From the NCBI GenBank assembly GCA_040219255.1, contig JAVJSW010000068.1, forward strand, positions 273,800 to 337,799: a stretch of 64,000 nucleotides of DNA. Reading direction: 5' to 3'. The notes below the pieces were generated by a model. The model searched no databases and was not told the origin of the DNA. It worked only from the letters and a program-made list of their open reading frames with translations. Positions within the stretch are counted from its first letter, which is position 1. The number at the start of each line of letters is the position of its first letter. A program made the position numbers and the translations under genes. Positions 1 through 9,454 of this stretch are shown piece after piece. Origin of the DNA: Sumerlaeia bacterium. GTDB taxonomy: Bacteria; Sumerlaeota; Sumerlaeia; SLMS01; JAHLLQ01.

Positions 1-705
<705 letters not shown>

Positions 706-729
706 GGGCGGGGGGGATCCGATGTGAGA

Positions 730-925
730 ATTAAACGCGAAGCAGCAGAGGAGCGAAGAAGCAAAGAATTACGAACCGAGAGCCTTCAAGCGGAGTTGAG
801 GGGGGCGATACACCAAATCTCTCCTGGAGGATTTTCCGTGACTGATTTCAAGTCGCGCAGAATCAAAGTTGTAGGCTTCGTGGCTCAAGGCTGCGCCTCC
901 GTGCCTCCGAGTCACCGTGGCGAAT
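730..925. repeat. Lower-GC insert bracketed by degenerate inverted REP-like motifs
   Basis: AACGCGAAGCAGCAGAGGAGCGAAG at the left and CTCCGTGCCTCCGAGTCACCGTGGCGAA at the right; same motif style as the elements at 3452, 15545 and 32127. Confidence 0.4.
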
Positions 926-1021
926 TGTCTCCTGCCGGCAAGGCGCCGCGAACAAAAGTCCTTCCCCACCGCGAGCCGGATTCGTAGGCTCCGTCTTCGA
1001 CTCGTGAAGGAGGCGCACGCC

Positions 1022-1921
1022 ATGCGCAGCATGACAGGTTTTGGAAGAGAAACGGCGGAGGGCCCGCTCGGCAGCGTCACCGTCGAGTTGCGTTCGGTGA
1101 ACCATCGCTTCCTCGAGATCGCGGTGCGGGCGCCGTCCGCCTTGGCGGCGCTGGAGCCCGAACTCCGCGCCCGGATCAAGGAACGCCTGGTCCGGGGCCG
1201 GGTCGATGCGACCGTGCGATTCACGCCCGCGGGAGACACCACCGGCGACGCCCCCGCCGTCCGGCTGAATATCGCCCTGGTGCGGTCGTTGGCCGAGCAG
1301 TTCCGAAAAGCCCTCGGCACCGCCGAAGGTTCGGTGCGTGCCGCCGAACTGCTCAGCGTCCCCGGGGTGCTGGAAACGGGCGACGCGGAAGCGCCCACGG
1401 AAGAGAGTCTGGCGGCGCTGGGGGCGATTCTGCGCGAGGCGCTGGATGGGGCCCTGGACGGCCTGATCGCCGAGCGCACCCGCGAAGGCGCCGCCCTGCG
1501 GGAAGCCCTCGCCGCCATGGCCGCCGACATGCGCGGCCACGCCGCCGCCGTCTCCGATGGCCGCGACGCCGTGGTGGATCGCTATCGCGAACGGCTCCAG
1601 GCCCGGTTGGAAAAACTCCTCGGCCCCGAAGGCCCCGCCCTCGACCCCGGCCGGCTCGAGCAGGAAGTGCTTTTCTTCGCCGACAAGGCCGACATCTCCG
1701 AGGAATGCGCGCGCCTCGCCGCCCACCTCGACGCCCTCGACGCGGGCATCGCGGCGGACGATGAAGCGGTGGGCCGGAACCTGGAATTCCTGACCCAGGA
1801 AATTCTGCGCGAGGTCAACACCACCGGCTCGAAATGCCGCGACCTAGACATCGGCCGGCACGCCATGGCGCTCAAGCAGTTGGTGGAATCGCTGAAGGAA
1901 CAGTTGGCCAACGTGGAATAG
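1022..1921 (+). CDS. yicC: YicC/YloC family endoribonuclease
   Basis: MRSMTGFGR, ELRSVNHRFLE, RGRVD, DKADISEE, GRNLEFLTQEILREVNTTGSK, and the C-terminus KEQLANVE. AAGGAGG RBS lies upstream of ATG 1022. Confidence 0.95.
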   Translation: MRSMTGFGRETAEGPLGSVTVELRSVNHRFLEIAVRAPSALAALEPELRARIKERLVRGRVDATVRFTPAGDTTGDAPAVRLNIALVRSLAEQFRKALGTAEGSVRAAELLSVPGVLETGDAEAPTEESLAALGAILREALDGALDGLIAERTREGAALREALAAMAADMRGHAAAVSDGRDAVVDRYRERLQARLEKLLGPEGPALDPGRLEQEVLFFADKADISEECARLAAHLDALDAGIAADDEAVGRNLEFLTQEILREVNTTGSKCRDLDIGRHAMALKQLVESLKEQLANVE

Positions 1922-2080
1922 GGTAGGCGGCCGTTTCGGCCGTGACCACCAGCGACGCTTCTCCCACGCCCCATCCGGTTTTCAAATGGGCGCCTTTGAA
2001 AGGCGTGAGATGAGATGGAGCGGTTTGAGAAAAAGCGCCGCCGGACATGGGCGGGACGCCCTTGCTACCCAGAAGTGCGG

Positions 2081-3310
2081 TTACTTCACGACCTTGGGGA
2101 TGCTGAAGAGCGGCAGGTAGAGCGCGATGACGATGGTACCGACGATCACACCGAGGAACACGATCAGCAGCGGCTCGAGAATCGAGGCGAGCGCGTTCAC
2201 CGTGTCGTCCACTTCGCGTTCGTAGGCTTCCGCGACCTTCGTCAGCATGGCGTCGATGGCACCGGTTTCTTCGCCGACGGCGACCATGTGCACGACGAGC
2301 GGCGGGAAGACCTTACATTCGCTGAGCGGTTCGTGGATCGACTCACCGTCCTTGACGGAGTTGTAGACCTTGTCCATGGCGAGGGAAACGACCTCGTTAC
2401 CGGACGTGTCGCGCACGATGTCCAACGCCTGCAAGATCGGCACACCGGCGGTGATCAGCGTGGCCAGCGTACCGGCGAACCGCGTGATGGCCACCTTCTG
2501 GAGAAGCGACCCGATGACCGGCAGCTTGAGCTTCACCCGGTCGAAGAACAGTTTCCCCTTCTTGGTCTGGTTGACTTTCTTGAAGAAGACGAAAATCGCG
2601 ACGGCGCCCAGGATCACCCAGAGCGTCTTTGTCCGTACGACATCGGACATTTTCACCAGGGCCAGCGTCAGGCCGGGCAGTTCGGCGCCAAGCTGCTCGA
2701 AAATGTCCACGAACTTGGGCATGATCTTCCACAGAATGAAGGTCACGATGACGACCGCCAGACCCGACACCACGATGGGGTACATCATGGCGGATTTCAC
2801 TTTGCCGACGAGCGCCTGGCGCTTTTCGAGGAAGTAGGCGATTTTGTTCAGAACGGCTTCCAACACACCGCCGATTTCGCCCGCGCGCACCATGTTCACG
2901 TACAGCGAGTCGAAGATTTTCGGGTGCTTCGCCAGACCTTCCGAGAGCGACGAACCGCTCTCGATGTCCTTGGCGACCTGCTGGATCTTTTCCTTGAAAA
3001 CGATCGATTCGACCTGCTCGGTCAGGATGTAAAGCGAGCGCAGAATCGGCAGGCCGGCATCGATCAGCGTGGCCAACTGACGCGTGAAGGTCATAATGTG
3101 CTTGGTCTTCACGCGGTGCATGATGTTGCGGATGCCGGGCAGGGCGAAAATGTCCAGGTCGCCCGCGCCCTTCTTCTGCTCCACCACTTTCAGCGGATAG
3201 TAGCCCATGCTGCGCAGGCGCTCGATGATGACGTCTTCGTTGTTGGCCTCGATGGTGCCGCGAACCTGTTTGCCGCCTTTGTCGAGGGCCTCGTAGAAAA
3301 ACTCCGCCAT
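2081..3310 (-). CDS. pilC: Type IV pilus inner-membrane platform protein (GspF/PilC family)
   Basis: FTRQLATLIDAGLPIL, YVNMVRAGEIGGVL, KVKSAMMYP, MVAVGEETG, LEPLLIVFLG, IALYLPLF; two T2SSF repeats. Confidence 0.95.
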   Translation of the reverse strand: MAEFFYEALDKGGKQVRGTIEANNEDVIIERLRSMGYYPLKVVEQKKGAGDLDIFALPGIRNIMHRVKTKHIMTFTRQLATLIDAGLPILRSLYILTEQVESIVFKEKIQQVAKDIESGSSLSEGLAKHPKIFDSLYVNMVRAGEIGGVLEAVLNKIAYFLEKRQALVGKVKSAMMYPIVVSGLAVVIVTFILWKIMPKFVDIFEQLGAELPGLTLALVKMSDVVRTKTLWVILGAVAIFVFFKKVNQTKKGKLFFDRVKLKLPVIGSLLQKVAITRFAGTLATLITAGVPILQALDIVRDTSGNEVVSLAMDKVYNSVKDGESIHEPLSECKVFPPLVVHMVAVGEETGAIDAMLTKVAEAYEREVDDTVNALASILEPLLIVFLGVIVGTIVIALYLPLFSIPKVVK

Positions 3311-3451
3311 GGCTGCCGCGCTCCTTGCAGGGTTCGTCCGGGGGGGACGAAAAGACATCCCGCACCACGGCCAAGCCGGAAGCGGGCTCTTCCTCCTGTA
3401 ACAATGGGGCGGAGGGGGTCAAGCTGTCAACCGCGTGTTGCGGCGGGGTGG

Positions 3452-3772
3452 CCGCGATCCTTCACCACAGAGATGGTGCGTTGAGGGCATAGAGGACAGA
3501 GGTTCCACAGAGTGCATTCAAAACGTGCCGCAAGATGGGATGGCCTGTTGAGCCAAGTCCATAAAAATAAGCAATCTGTCAACCAAATCCGAAACGTAGC
3601 GGCGATTTCGGCATCTTGTCCCATTGTTGGTTCCTGTTTCAAGAGAACGGGCTACGGTATCTCACTCATCCAGCCAGGAGCCGGGCCATGCCCCCTTGTT
3701 CCGGTCTACTTCAAACGCACCGGTGTCATCTCTGCGTTCTCCGCGCCTCCGCGGTGATTTCTTGAAGAATCA
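3452..3772. repeat. ~320-bp dispersed MITE/REPIN-like element, copy A
   Basis: Colinear with 32127-32453. Shared blocks: CCGCGATCCTTCACCACAGAG, GAGGACAGAGGTTCCACAGAG, CCAAATCCGAA, TCATCCAGCCAG, ACTTCAAA, CTCTGCGTTCTCCGCG, CGGTGATTTCTTGAAG. Confidence 0.8.
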
Positions 3773-3802
3773 TGGGGTGGAGTGGTGATTTCATGTAAAG
3801 CC

Positions 3803-4519
3803 TCACAAAACCCCCAACCCCCGCAGTTCCGCTTCCGCTTTGCCGCCCCAGTCCTTGTTCGCGGCGGGGCTGGCGGGGCTGGGGTGGAGGATGCGGCCGA
3901 ATTCGAGGCCGGGGAAGCCGTCGGCGAGGGCGAGGCGGGCGCGTTGTTCGGCGAAGGCTCCGACGCCGACGACCATGCGGGGTTTGAGGTAGCGCACCAC
4001 GCGGCGCAGGTGCTCGTCGCAGGCGTCGATCATCGGGGTGCGTTCGGCGGCGGGGATTTTGTCCGGCGTGCGGTTGCGGCCCGAGTCCTCCAGGAAAATC
4101 AGCGGGCAGTAATTCACGACCCAGAAGCGCTCGAAAAATGCGTCCGGGGCGCCGAAGCGCTCCCGCGCCCAGCCCCAGAGGCGGGCGCCGCTGACTTCGC
4201 TGCGGGTGCAGGCGAGGCCTTCGACGGGGCGCTTTGGGTGTTCACGGGCGGGTTTGCCGATGGGGGCTTCGATGGCGAGCCAGTCGCGCACGGCGCCGAC
4301 CTCGCCAAAGGGTATGCCCGTCTGGGCCATGCCCCAGGGCCCGGGGTTCATGCCCAGCAGGAGGGTCTGGCCCCCATCGCGCCGCGCCCAGCGCCGGCAG
4401 TAACGGGTGTAGGGTTCGAAGGCGTACTCGAGCACGTTGTAGGTGTGCGTGACGGGCGGCGAGAAAGTCAGAGGCGCCAGGGCGAGGCGCAGGTTTCGGG
4501 CGGCGGCGATCGGTTCCAT
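3803..4519 (-). CDS. SMUG1-like (family 3) uracil-DNA glycosylase
   Basis: GMNPGPWGMAQTGIPFG, HPKRPVEG, RSEVSGARLW, NYCPL, GRNRTPDK and ILHPSPASP are SMUG1 motifs. Confidence 0.93.
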   Translation of the reverse strand: MEPIAAARNLRLALAPLTFSPPVTHTYNVLEYAFEPYTRYCRRWARRDGGQTLLLGMNPGPWGMAQTGIPFGEVGAVRDWLAIEAPIGKPAREHPKRPVEGLACTRSEVSGARLWGWARERFGAPDAFFERFWVVNYCPLIFLEDSGRNRTPDKIPAAERTPMIDACDEHLRRVVRYLKPRMVVGVGAFAEQRARLALADGFPGLEFGRILHPSPASPAANKDWGGKAEAELRGLGVL

Positions 4520-4558
4520 AAGAAGACAAATGTTGCCCGCGATAGGTTGCGCGTCAAG

Positions 4559-5938
4559 TCAACGGAGCATCGACGAGATATCGGACGCCGATGTGGGATA
4601 GGCCCAGCGCACGCGGCGCAACTCGGGCACAGGGGTTCCGCAGCCAAGCGCGAGGGCGAACACGTTGATCGTTTCCGCCGCGTGGGGGCCGAGCAGGTGC
4701 GCGCCGAGGATGCGGCGGCTGCCTTCCTCGATCACGATCGCGTACCCGGCGCACGGTTCGTTGCGGTGGCGCTGGGAAAACCATTGGCTGGAATCGCCGC
4801 GGTTGCAGGTGAAGGCGAGGCCCTGCTCGCGCGCCTGGACCTCGGTGATGCCCACACCGGCGATTTCCGGGATGGTGAAGGCGGCGCTGGCGGTGGCTTT
4901 GTAGCTGACCGTTCGCTCGTTGCCGTGCATCAGGTTATGGAACACGGCGGCGGCCTCGGCCCCCGCCACGGGGGTCAGGGGAGCGCCCGGCGTGGCGGTG
5001 CAATCGCCCGCCGCATAGACCGCCGGGTTGGTTGGGCTTTGCAGGTACTCGTTCACTTCGATGCCGCGCGGACCAAAGGCCACGCCCCCTTCTTCCAGGT
5101 TCAGCGCGGAAATGAACGGAATGCGCCCCATGCCGTGCACCACCAGATCGGTCGCGAGGGTTTGGCTCTCGCGGTTCGCCGTGTCGTTCGTGCACACGGT
5201 GTAGGCGCCGTCTTCGCGGCGGATTTCGCAGACGCGCCGGTTGGGGATGAATCGGATGCCCAATTCTTCGCGGCTGTAATCGACGAGGCGCCGCACGAGT
5301 TCGGCGTCGAAGCCCGACAGGGGGACTTCGTGGCTGTCGATGACGGTGACATCGGCGCCGCACCGGGCGGCGATGTGGGCGAATTCCCAACTGATGTAGC
5401 CCCCGCCGGCGAAGGTCACGCGCCGGGGCAGCTCCGGCAGGTCGAAGAAATCGTCGCTGGAGGTCAGGCAATCGGCGCCGGGAAAGTTCAGCGGCCGCGG
5501 TTTCCCACCTGTCGCCAGGAGGATCTTGCGCGCCGACAGGGTTCGCTCCGAACTATCGTCGCTCCGCACGCGGATCGTGTTCCGCCCGGCGAAACAGCCC
5601 CAGCCGTGGTAAACGTCCACGTTCGCTTCGGCGTATCGTTTCGCGTCGGTTTCGGGAACCGGATCGGTGAAGGTGTTTTTGAACTCGCGCATCGCCTGCC
5701 AATCGAGGTGGGCCCCCGGCGCCACCAGGCTCCGGCCCTCCATGCGGCGGATCCAGTCCATGGCCTGGGCTCCGGCGCGCAGCATCTTCTTCGGCGAACA
5801 GCCCCGCAGCGCGCACGTTCCGCCCAGGGGCCGGCTTTCCACCAGCGCGACTTTCCAACCCTCGGCGGCGCAGCGTTTGGCCGGCGAGGAGGCGACGCCG
5901 CTGCCAATGACGATCAAATCGTATTCCGTTTCCGGCAT
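4559..5938 (-). CDS. Pyridine nucleotide-disulfide oxidoreductase (glutathione reductase/dihydrolipoyl dehydrogenase family)
   Basis: DLIVIGSG FAD motif, GGTCALRGCSPKK redox disulfide, GGGYIS, YAAGD, and C-terminal AYPT. Confidence 0.92.
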   Translation of the reverse strand: MPETEYDLIVIGSGVASSPAKRCAAEGWKVALVESRPLGGTCALRGCSPKKMLRAGAQAMDWIRRMEGRSLVAPGAHLDWQAMREFKNTFTDPVPETDAKRYAEANVDVYHGWGCFAGRNTIRVRSDDSSERTLSARKILLATGGKPRPLNFPGADCLTSSDDFFDLPELPRRVTFAGGGYISWEFAHIAARCGADVTVIDSHEVPLSGFDAELVRRLVDYSREELGIRFIPNRRVCEIRREDGAYTVCTNDTANRESQTLATDLVVHGMGRIPFISALNLEEGGVAFGPRGIEVNEYLQSPTNPAVYAAGDCTATPGAPLTPVAGAEAAAVFHNLMHGNERTVSYKATASAAFTIPEIAGVGITEVQAREQGLAFTCNRGDSSQWFSQRHRNEPCAGYAIVIEEGSRRILGAHLLGPHAAETINVFALALGCGTPVPELRRVRWAYPTSASDISSMLR

Positions 5939-6117
5939 TCTCTCGGGCTCCTGACTCTCGGGATGGAACCGATAGGGACAGCAAGTCCGGCACCATGTCG
6001 CGCTGGAATCGGCCGCGTCCGGCATTTTTCCCCATCGAATCGGAAAGAGAAGTCTTGCGCGGGTGCCCGCTCCAAGGCCATGCAATGGCGGCGCTGCCCC
6101 TGAATTGAACGAAACCC

Positions 6118-7077
6118 ATGGCTTTGCAAGTCTCCAACCTGCCCGAAATCCTCTCCGCCGGCACGCAAGTGGTGGTGGAGAAAACCCTGCGTGGCGCCGC
6201 CGGAGAGCCCATCTGTCCGCAGGGCGCCGTTGGCGTGGTTGTCGGCGAACCGGACACGGCGGACGGCCTGTACCGCGTGCGCTTTCCCAACGCCTACGAG
6301 GCCGATCTGGCGCGGGGCGACTTCGACGTGCGCAAGCATTACCAGCGCCGAAGTCTCGGCGACCTCGCGGGGCTGAACGACGGCGTCGATTGGCGGCGCC
6401 ACATCATCTATCGCTGCGTGATCGGTTCACGGGCCTATGGGCTGGACACGGACGACAGCGACACCGACCGGCGCGGAATTTTCCTGCCCCCGGCACGGCT
6501 GCATTGGAGTTTGGCCGGTGTGCCGGAGCAGATCGAGGACCACCCACGCCAGGAATGCTTCTGGGAACTCGAGAAGTTCCTGACGCTGGCGCTCAAGGCC
6601 AACCCCAACGTCCTCGAAGTCCTGCACTCGGATCTCGTCGAGCACTGCGCGCCCATCGCCGGCGAGCTGTGCGCCATGCGCGGGGCGTTTCTGTCGCGGC
6701 TCGTCTATCAGACTTACAACGGATACGTGCTATCCCAGTTCAAGAAAATGCGCCACGATCTCGACACCCGGGGCGAAGTGCGATGGAAGCACGCCATGCA
6801 CTTGATCCGCCTGCTGTGGAGCGGCAAGGAACTGGTTCGCACCGGCCAGATGGTGGTCCGCATCCATGACGGCGCGATGGTGGAGCGGCTGCTGGCCATC
6901 AAGCGCGGCGAGTGGACCTTCGAAGCCGTGGAGCAGTGGCGCCAGCGGCTCCACCGCGAGTTCGACGACGCCCTGGCGCGGACGCCGCTGCCGGAACTTC
7001 CCGACATTCGCCGCGCCGACGCGTTCCTGATTCGCGCCCGCCACCGCATGACCGAAACCGAGGAGATTGCCCGATGA
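6118..7077 (+). CDS. Predicted nucleotidyltransferase (Pol-beta superfamily, PF10127/RlaP-like) with an extra N-terminal beta domain
   Basis: GSRAYGLDTDDSDTDRRG (GS..DxD), KANPNVLEVL, KHAMHLIRLL, and LLAIKRGE. Confidence 0.88.
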   Translation: MALQVSNLPEILSAGTQVVVEKTLRGAAGEPICPQGAVGVVVGEPDTADGLYRVRFPNAYEADLARGDFDVRKHYQRRSLGDLAGLNDGVDWRRHIIYRCVIGSRAYGLDTDDSDTDRRGIFLPPARLHWSLAGVPEQIEDHPRQECFWELEKFLTLALKANPNVLEVLHSDLVEHCAPIAGELCAMRGAFLSRLVYQTYNGYVLSQFKKMRHDLDTRGEVRWKHAMHLIRLLWSGKELVRTGQMVVRIHDGAMVERLLAIKRGEWTFEAVEQWRQRLHREFDDALARTPLPELPDIRRADAFLIRARHRMTETEEIAR

Positions 7078-7853
7078 TTGTCGATGCCACCGGCCCGATT
7101 CCCACCGAAGACCTGCGCCGCGTCGCAGCCGCCCATCCCTACGCGCTGCTGTTCGCCACCGTCAGCGGCTCGCACATCTACGGCTTTCCCTCGCCCGATT
7201 CGGATTTCGACCTGCGGGGCGTACACGTGCTGCCGCTGCCCGAGGTCATCGGCCTCGCCACGCCGGATGAAACCATCGAGCAGGGGGCGTTTCGCGCCGG
7301 TCTCGAGATGGACCTCGTCACGCATGATGTGGCGAAGTTCTGCCGCCTGCTGCTCAAGCCCAACGGCTACGTGCTGGAACAACTCATGTCGCCCCTGGTG
7401 ATCCAGACGTCGTCCGAGCATCAAGAGCTGAAAGCCATGGCCCACGTTCTGATCACGCGCTACCACGCGCGGCACTACGAGGGATTCTTCCATTCGCAGT
7501 GGAAGCTCTTCCAACGTGACGAACCGCGCAAAGTCAAGCCGCTGCTGTATTGCTACCGGGTGCTGATGACCGGCATCCATCTGATGCGCCGCAGCGACCT
7601 GGAGCCGAACCTGGCGATCCTGGCTGAGGAATACGGCCTGCGTTACATCCCGGACTTGATCGAGCGCAAACGCGCCGGGGGCGAACACGGCACCCTCGGC
7701 GGCGCCGACTTCGCCTTCCACGAACGCGAACTGCACCGCCTCCTGGAGGAACTGCGCGACGAAGCGGACCGCTCCTACCTGCCGGAAGAACCGCTCTGCC
7801 GCGAGGACATGAACGACTTCCTGCTACGGGTGCGGATGAAGTTTCGGGAGTAG
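7074..7853 (+). CDS. Second predicted nucleotidyltransferase (PF10127/RlaP/YcgL-like)
   Basis: ATGA overlap with the upstream gene; SGSHIYGFPSPDSDFDLRG, NGYVLEQLMSP, and KPLLYCYRVLMTGIHL. Confidence 0.88.
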   Translation: MIVDATGPIPTEDLRRVAAAHPYALLFATVSGSHIYGFPSPDSDFDLRGVHVLPLPEVIGLATPDETIEQGAFRAGLEMDLVTHDVAKFCRLLLKPNGYVLEQLMSPLVIQTSSEHQELKAMAHVLITRYHARHYEGFFHSQWKLFQRDEPRKVKPLLYCYRVLMTGIHLMRRSDLEPNLAILAEEYGLRYIPDLIERKRAGGEHGTLGGADFAFHERELHRLLEELRDEADRSYLPEEPLCREDMNDFLLRVRMKFRE

Positions 7854-7984
7854 ATGGGGGGAATGGGCGCTCCGCGGGCACAAGAATGGAAAAATACTCG
7901 CCCTCCCTGTATACTCAAAAGAAGCCGACTCAAAAGTGCATTCTCCCGCCTAGAATAAAATAATCCACCGCGCGCATTTTTCTC

Positions 7985-8012
7985 TTGCGCGGCAGGGCGA
8001 AATCAGTACTGT
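7985..8012 (+). promoter_or_regulatory. Possible sigma70-type promoter
   Basis: TTGCGC-16 bp-TACTGT following an AT-rich tract (7886-7984), upstream of the small ORF and tRNA-like region. Confidence 0.3.
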
Positions 8013-8088
8013 CCGCTCCCACGCCGCAGAGGAAAACGCACGTTTTCGCCGCGGCACTCCACTCCCTCCGCAAAGGGGACGCAGCACT

Positions 8089-8322
8089 ATGATCCGGACA
8101 GACGTCATCAATCGCATCGCCGCAGCCGCTCAGGTTCTTCGGAATCTGGATCGGGTCCTCGGCCTCGTCGTCACCGGCTTCGCCCGCAGTCGCTCGCGCT
8201 CCTTTGCTCTCGCGAGTTCCCAAGGCGACGCCGGATACCACGGAGGAGCCCCGATGGGTTGCCCCGGACGGAAACCGGCCGGCATGGAACGTTGGCGAGA
8301 ACGAGGGATGCGCGAGGCGTAA
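8089..8322 (+). CDS. Small hypothetical protein or leader ORF (77 aa)
   Basis: AAAGGGGAC RBS-like sequence before ATG 8089; no recognisable family. Confidence 0.35.
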   Translation: MIRTDVINRIAAAAQVLRNLDRVLGLVVTGFARSRSRSFALASSQGDAGYHGGAPMGCPGRKPAGMERWRERGMREA

Positions 8323-8713
8323 GCCGCCTCTTTTCCGCACACAATCCCCATCGACTCGCGGTTCCAGGCTTCGGCTTCGAACGGCACGCTCGCATTCGCT
8401 GGCCCGCGCCACGCGCCTGCGACACGCAACGCGCTCTCCTTGTCCTTCACGCCTCCGCCCACGGCGGTTCGCCGTCTTGGGTCTATGCTGAACGAATAAG
8501 CCGCGCGCCGCGTCCCGCCGTCTTCGCAGCCCCCCGCCACGCCGCCGCTTGAACCCTCCGTTGCCGCAAGGGGTCCATCGGGCCGCTTTGTGACATCCGG
8601 GAACCCGATCCCGCGCGATCACTAGTTTACTTGAACTCCTGACGCTTATGTGTGTTTGGAGACCAGAAAAACCATATTCGAATGGAAAAGAAAGAGTGTT
8701 TGATCGCACGTTC

Positions 8714-8903
8714 GTAGTTCCGCCTTCAGGCGGAAAAGATCCGTGCAGAACGCATTGTCGCTTTTCACATGGGGACCGGTATCCCAACTGGCAGAGGACG
8801 GCGCCTCAGAAGCGCTGAGTTGCAGGTTCGACTCCCGCCCGGTTCACCAAAAGCTTTGTGCGGCCAAGGGCCGCCTCCTTCCGCCTGAAGGCGGGACGAC
8901 GAG
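8714..8903. repeat. Inverted pair of GTAG-type REP palindromes bracketing tRNA-Leu
   Basis: GTAGTTCCGCCTTCAGGCGGAA (8714-8735) and TTCCGCCTGAAGGCGGGACGAC (8879-8900). Confidence 0.7.
8773..8849 (+). tRNA. tRNA-Leu(CAG), atypical short variable loop
   Basis: Acceptor GGACCGG/CCGGTTC; D arm TCC..GGA; anticodon arm GGCGC-CTCAGAA-GCGCT; 5-nt variable loop; T arm GCAGG-TTCGACT-CCCGC (one A.C mismatch); A73; encoded CCA. Confidence 0.85.
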
Positions 8904-8914
8904 CACGTTACACA

Positions 8915-9076
8915 TCTCCGGCCCCGGTGGCCGCGGTGGTTTTTTCCGAGTCCGAGAGACCGGAGCGTTGAAATCTTGGGCAGCGTCTGGCGGATACCGT
9001 CTCCCCGCCGGACAATCAACGCCCCGGTTCCTCCCGGAGCCTCGGCAAAACCCCCCGCGACCTCCGGGGCTGGGGA
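8915..9076 (+). ncRNA. ~160-nt imperfect rod hairpin, candidate structured RNA
   Basis: 8915-8950 pairs with 9041-9076 (about 31 of 36 positions counting G.U); 8951-8971 pairs with 9016-9038; GTCTGGCGG pairs with CCGCCGGAC at the apex. Strand assumed from the flanking tRNAs. Confidence 0.5.
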
Positions 9077-9117
9077 AGCGCAAGGCGAGAATGAACGATG
9101 AGCGGCGACAAAACTTG

Positions 9118-9170
9118 CCGGGTGCCGGGCGTGGGACTCTCCTTTCCCACCCACGTGGGCCGGCGCCCGG
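9118..9170. other. GC-rich hairpin between the rod RNA and the second tRNA
   Basis: CCGGGTGCCGG pairs with CCGGCGCCCGG, enclosing GTGGGA/TCCCAC. Confidence 0.4.
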
Positions 9171-9241
9171 CCAGGGGGAGAGGGGGGCCAAGCGCAAGCT
9201 GAACGACCGGGCAGAGAAGGGCACGCCCCGGCGTGCTCTGC

Positions 9242-9319
9242 CGGGCCCTGGCTCAACCGGTAGAGCATCCGCCTGTTATAAGCGGAAGGTTCCGGGTTCG
9301 ATCCCCGGGGGCCCAGCCA
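9242..9319 (+). tRNA. tRNA-Asn-like gene with a 9-nt anticodon loop (atypical or pseudo-tRNA)
   Basis: CGGGCCC/GGGCCCA acceptor (C1:A72 mismatch); GCTC/GAGC D stem; TCCGC-CTGTTATAA-GCGGA; CCGGG-TTCGATC-CCCGG; G73; CCA. Confidence 0.75.
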
Positions 9320-9454
9320 TCGTATGTCCGTTCGCGGAAGACGTCGGAACTCTGGCCCGCCCACTGCCGCCAAGCTTTCTCGCTCTCGGGTTCGGCAGAC
9401 TCGCCGGTCATTGTGTCTTCCCACCGCCTTCGACCCGTTCGTGGCGGGGCGGGG

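Noticed and set aside
8915-9076. 6S RNA, SRP RNA or YrlA
   Set aside because: No two-sided central bubble, no SRP GNRA/AGCAG domain IV motif, and no T or D arms inside the stem. Kept as an unnamed candidate.
9242-9319. Ochre suppressor tRNA (TTA)
   Set aside because: Reading the central TTA puts G at position 33 and T at 37, which is non-canonical. Genes here end in TAA normally.
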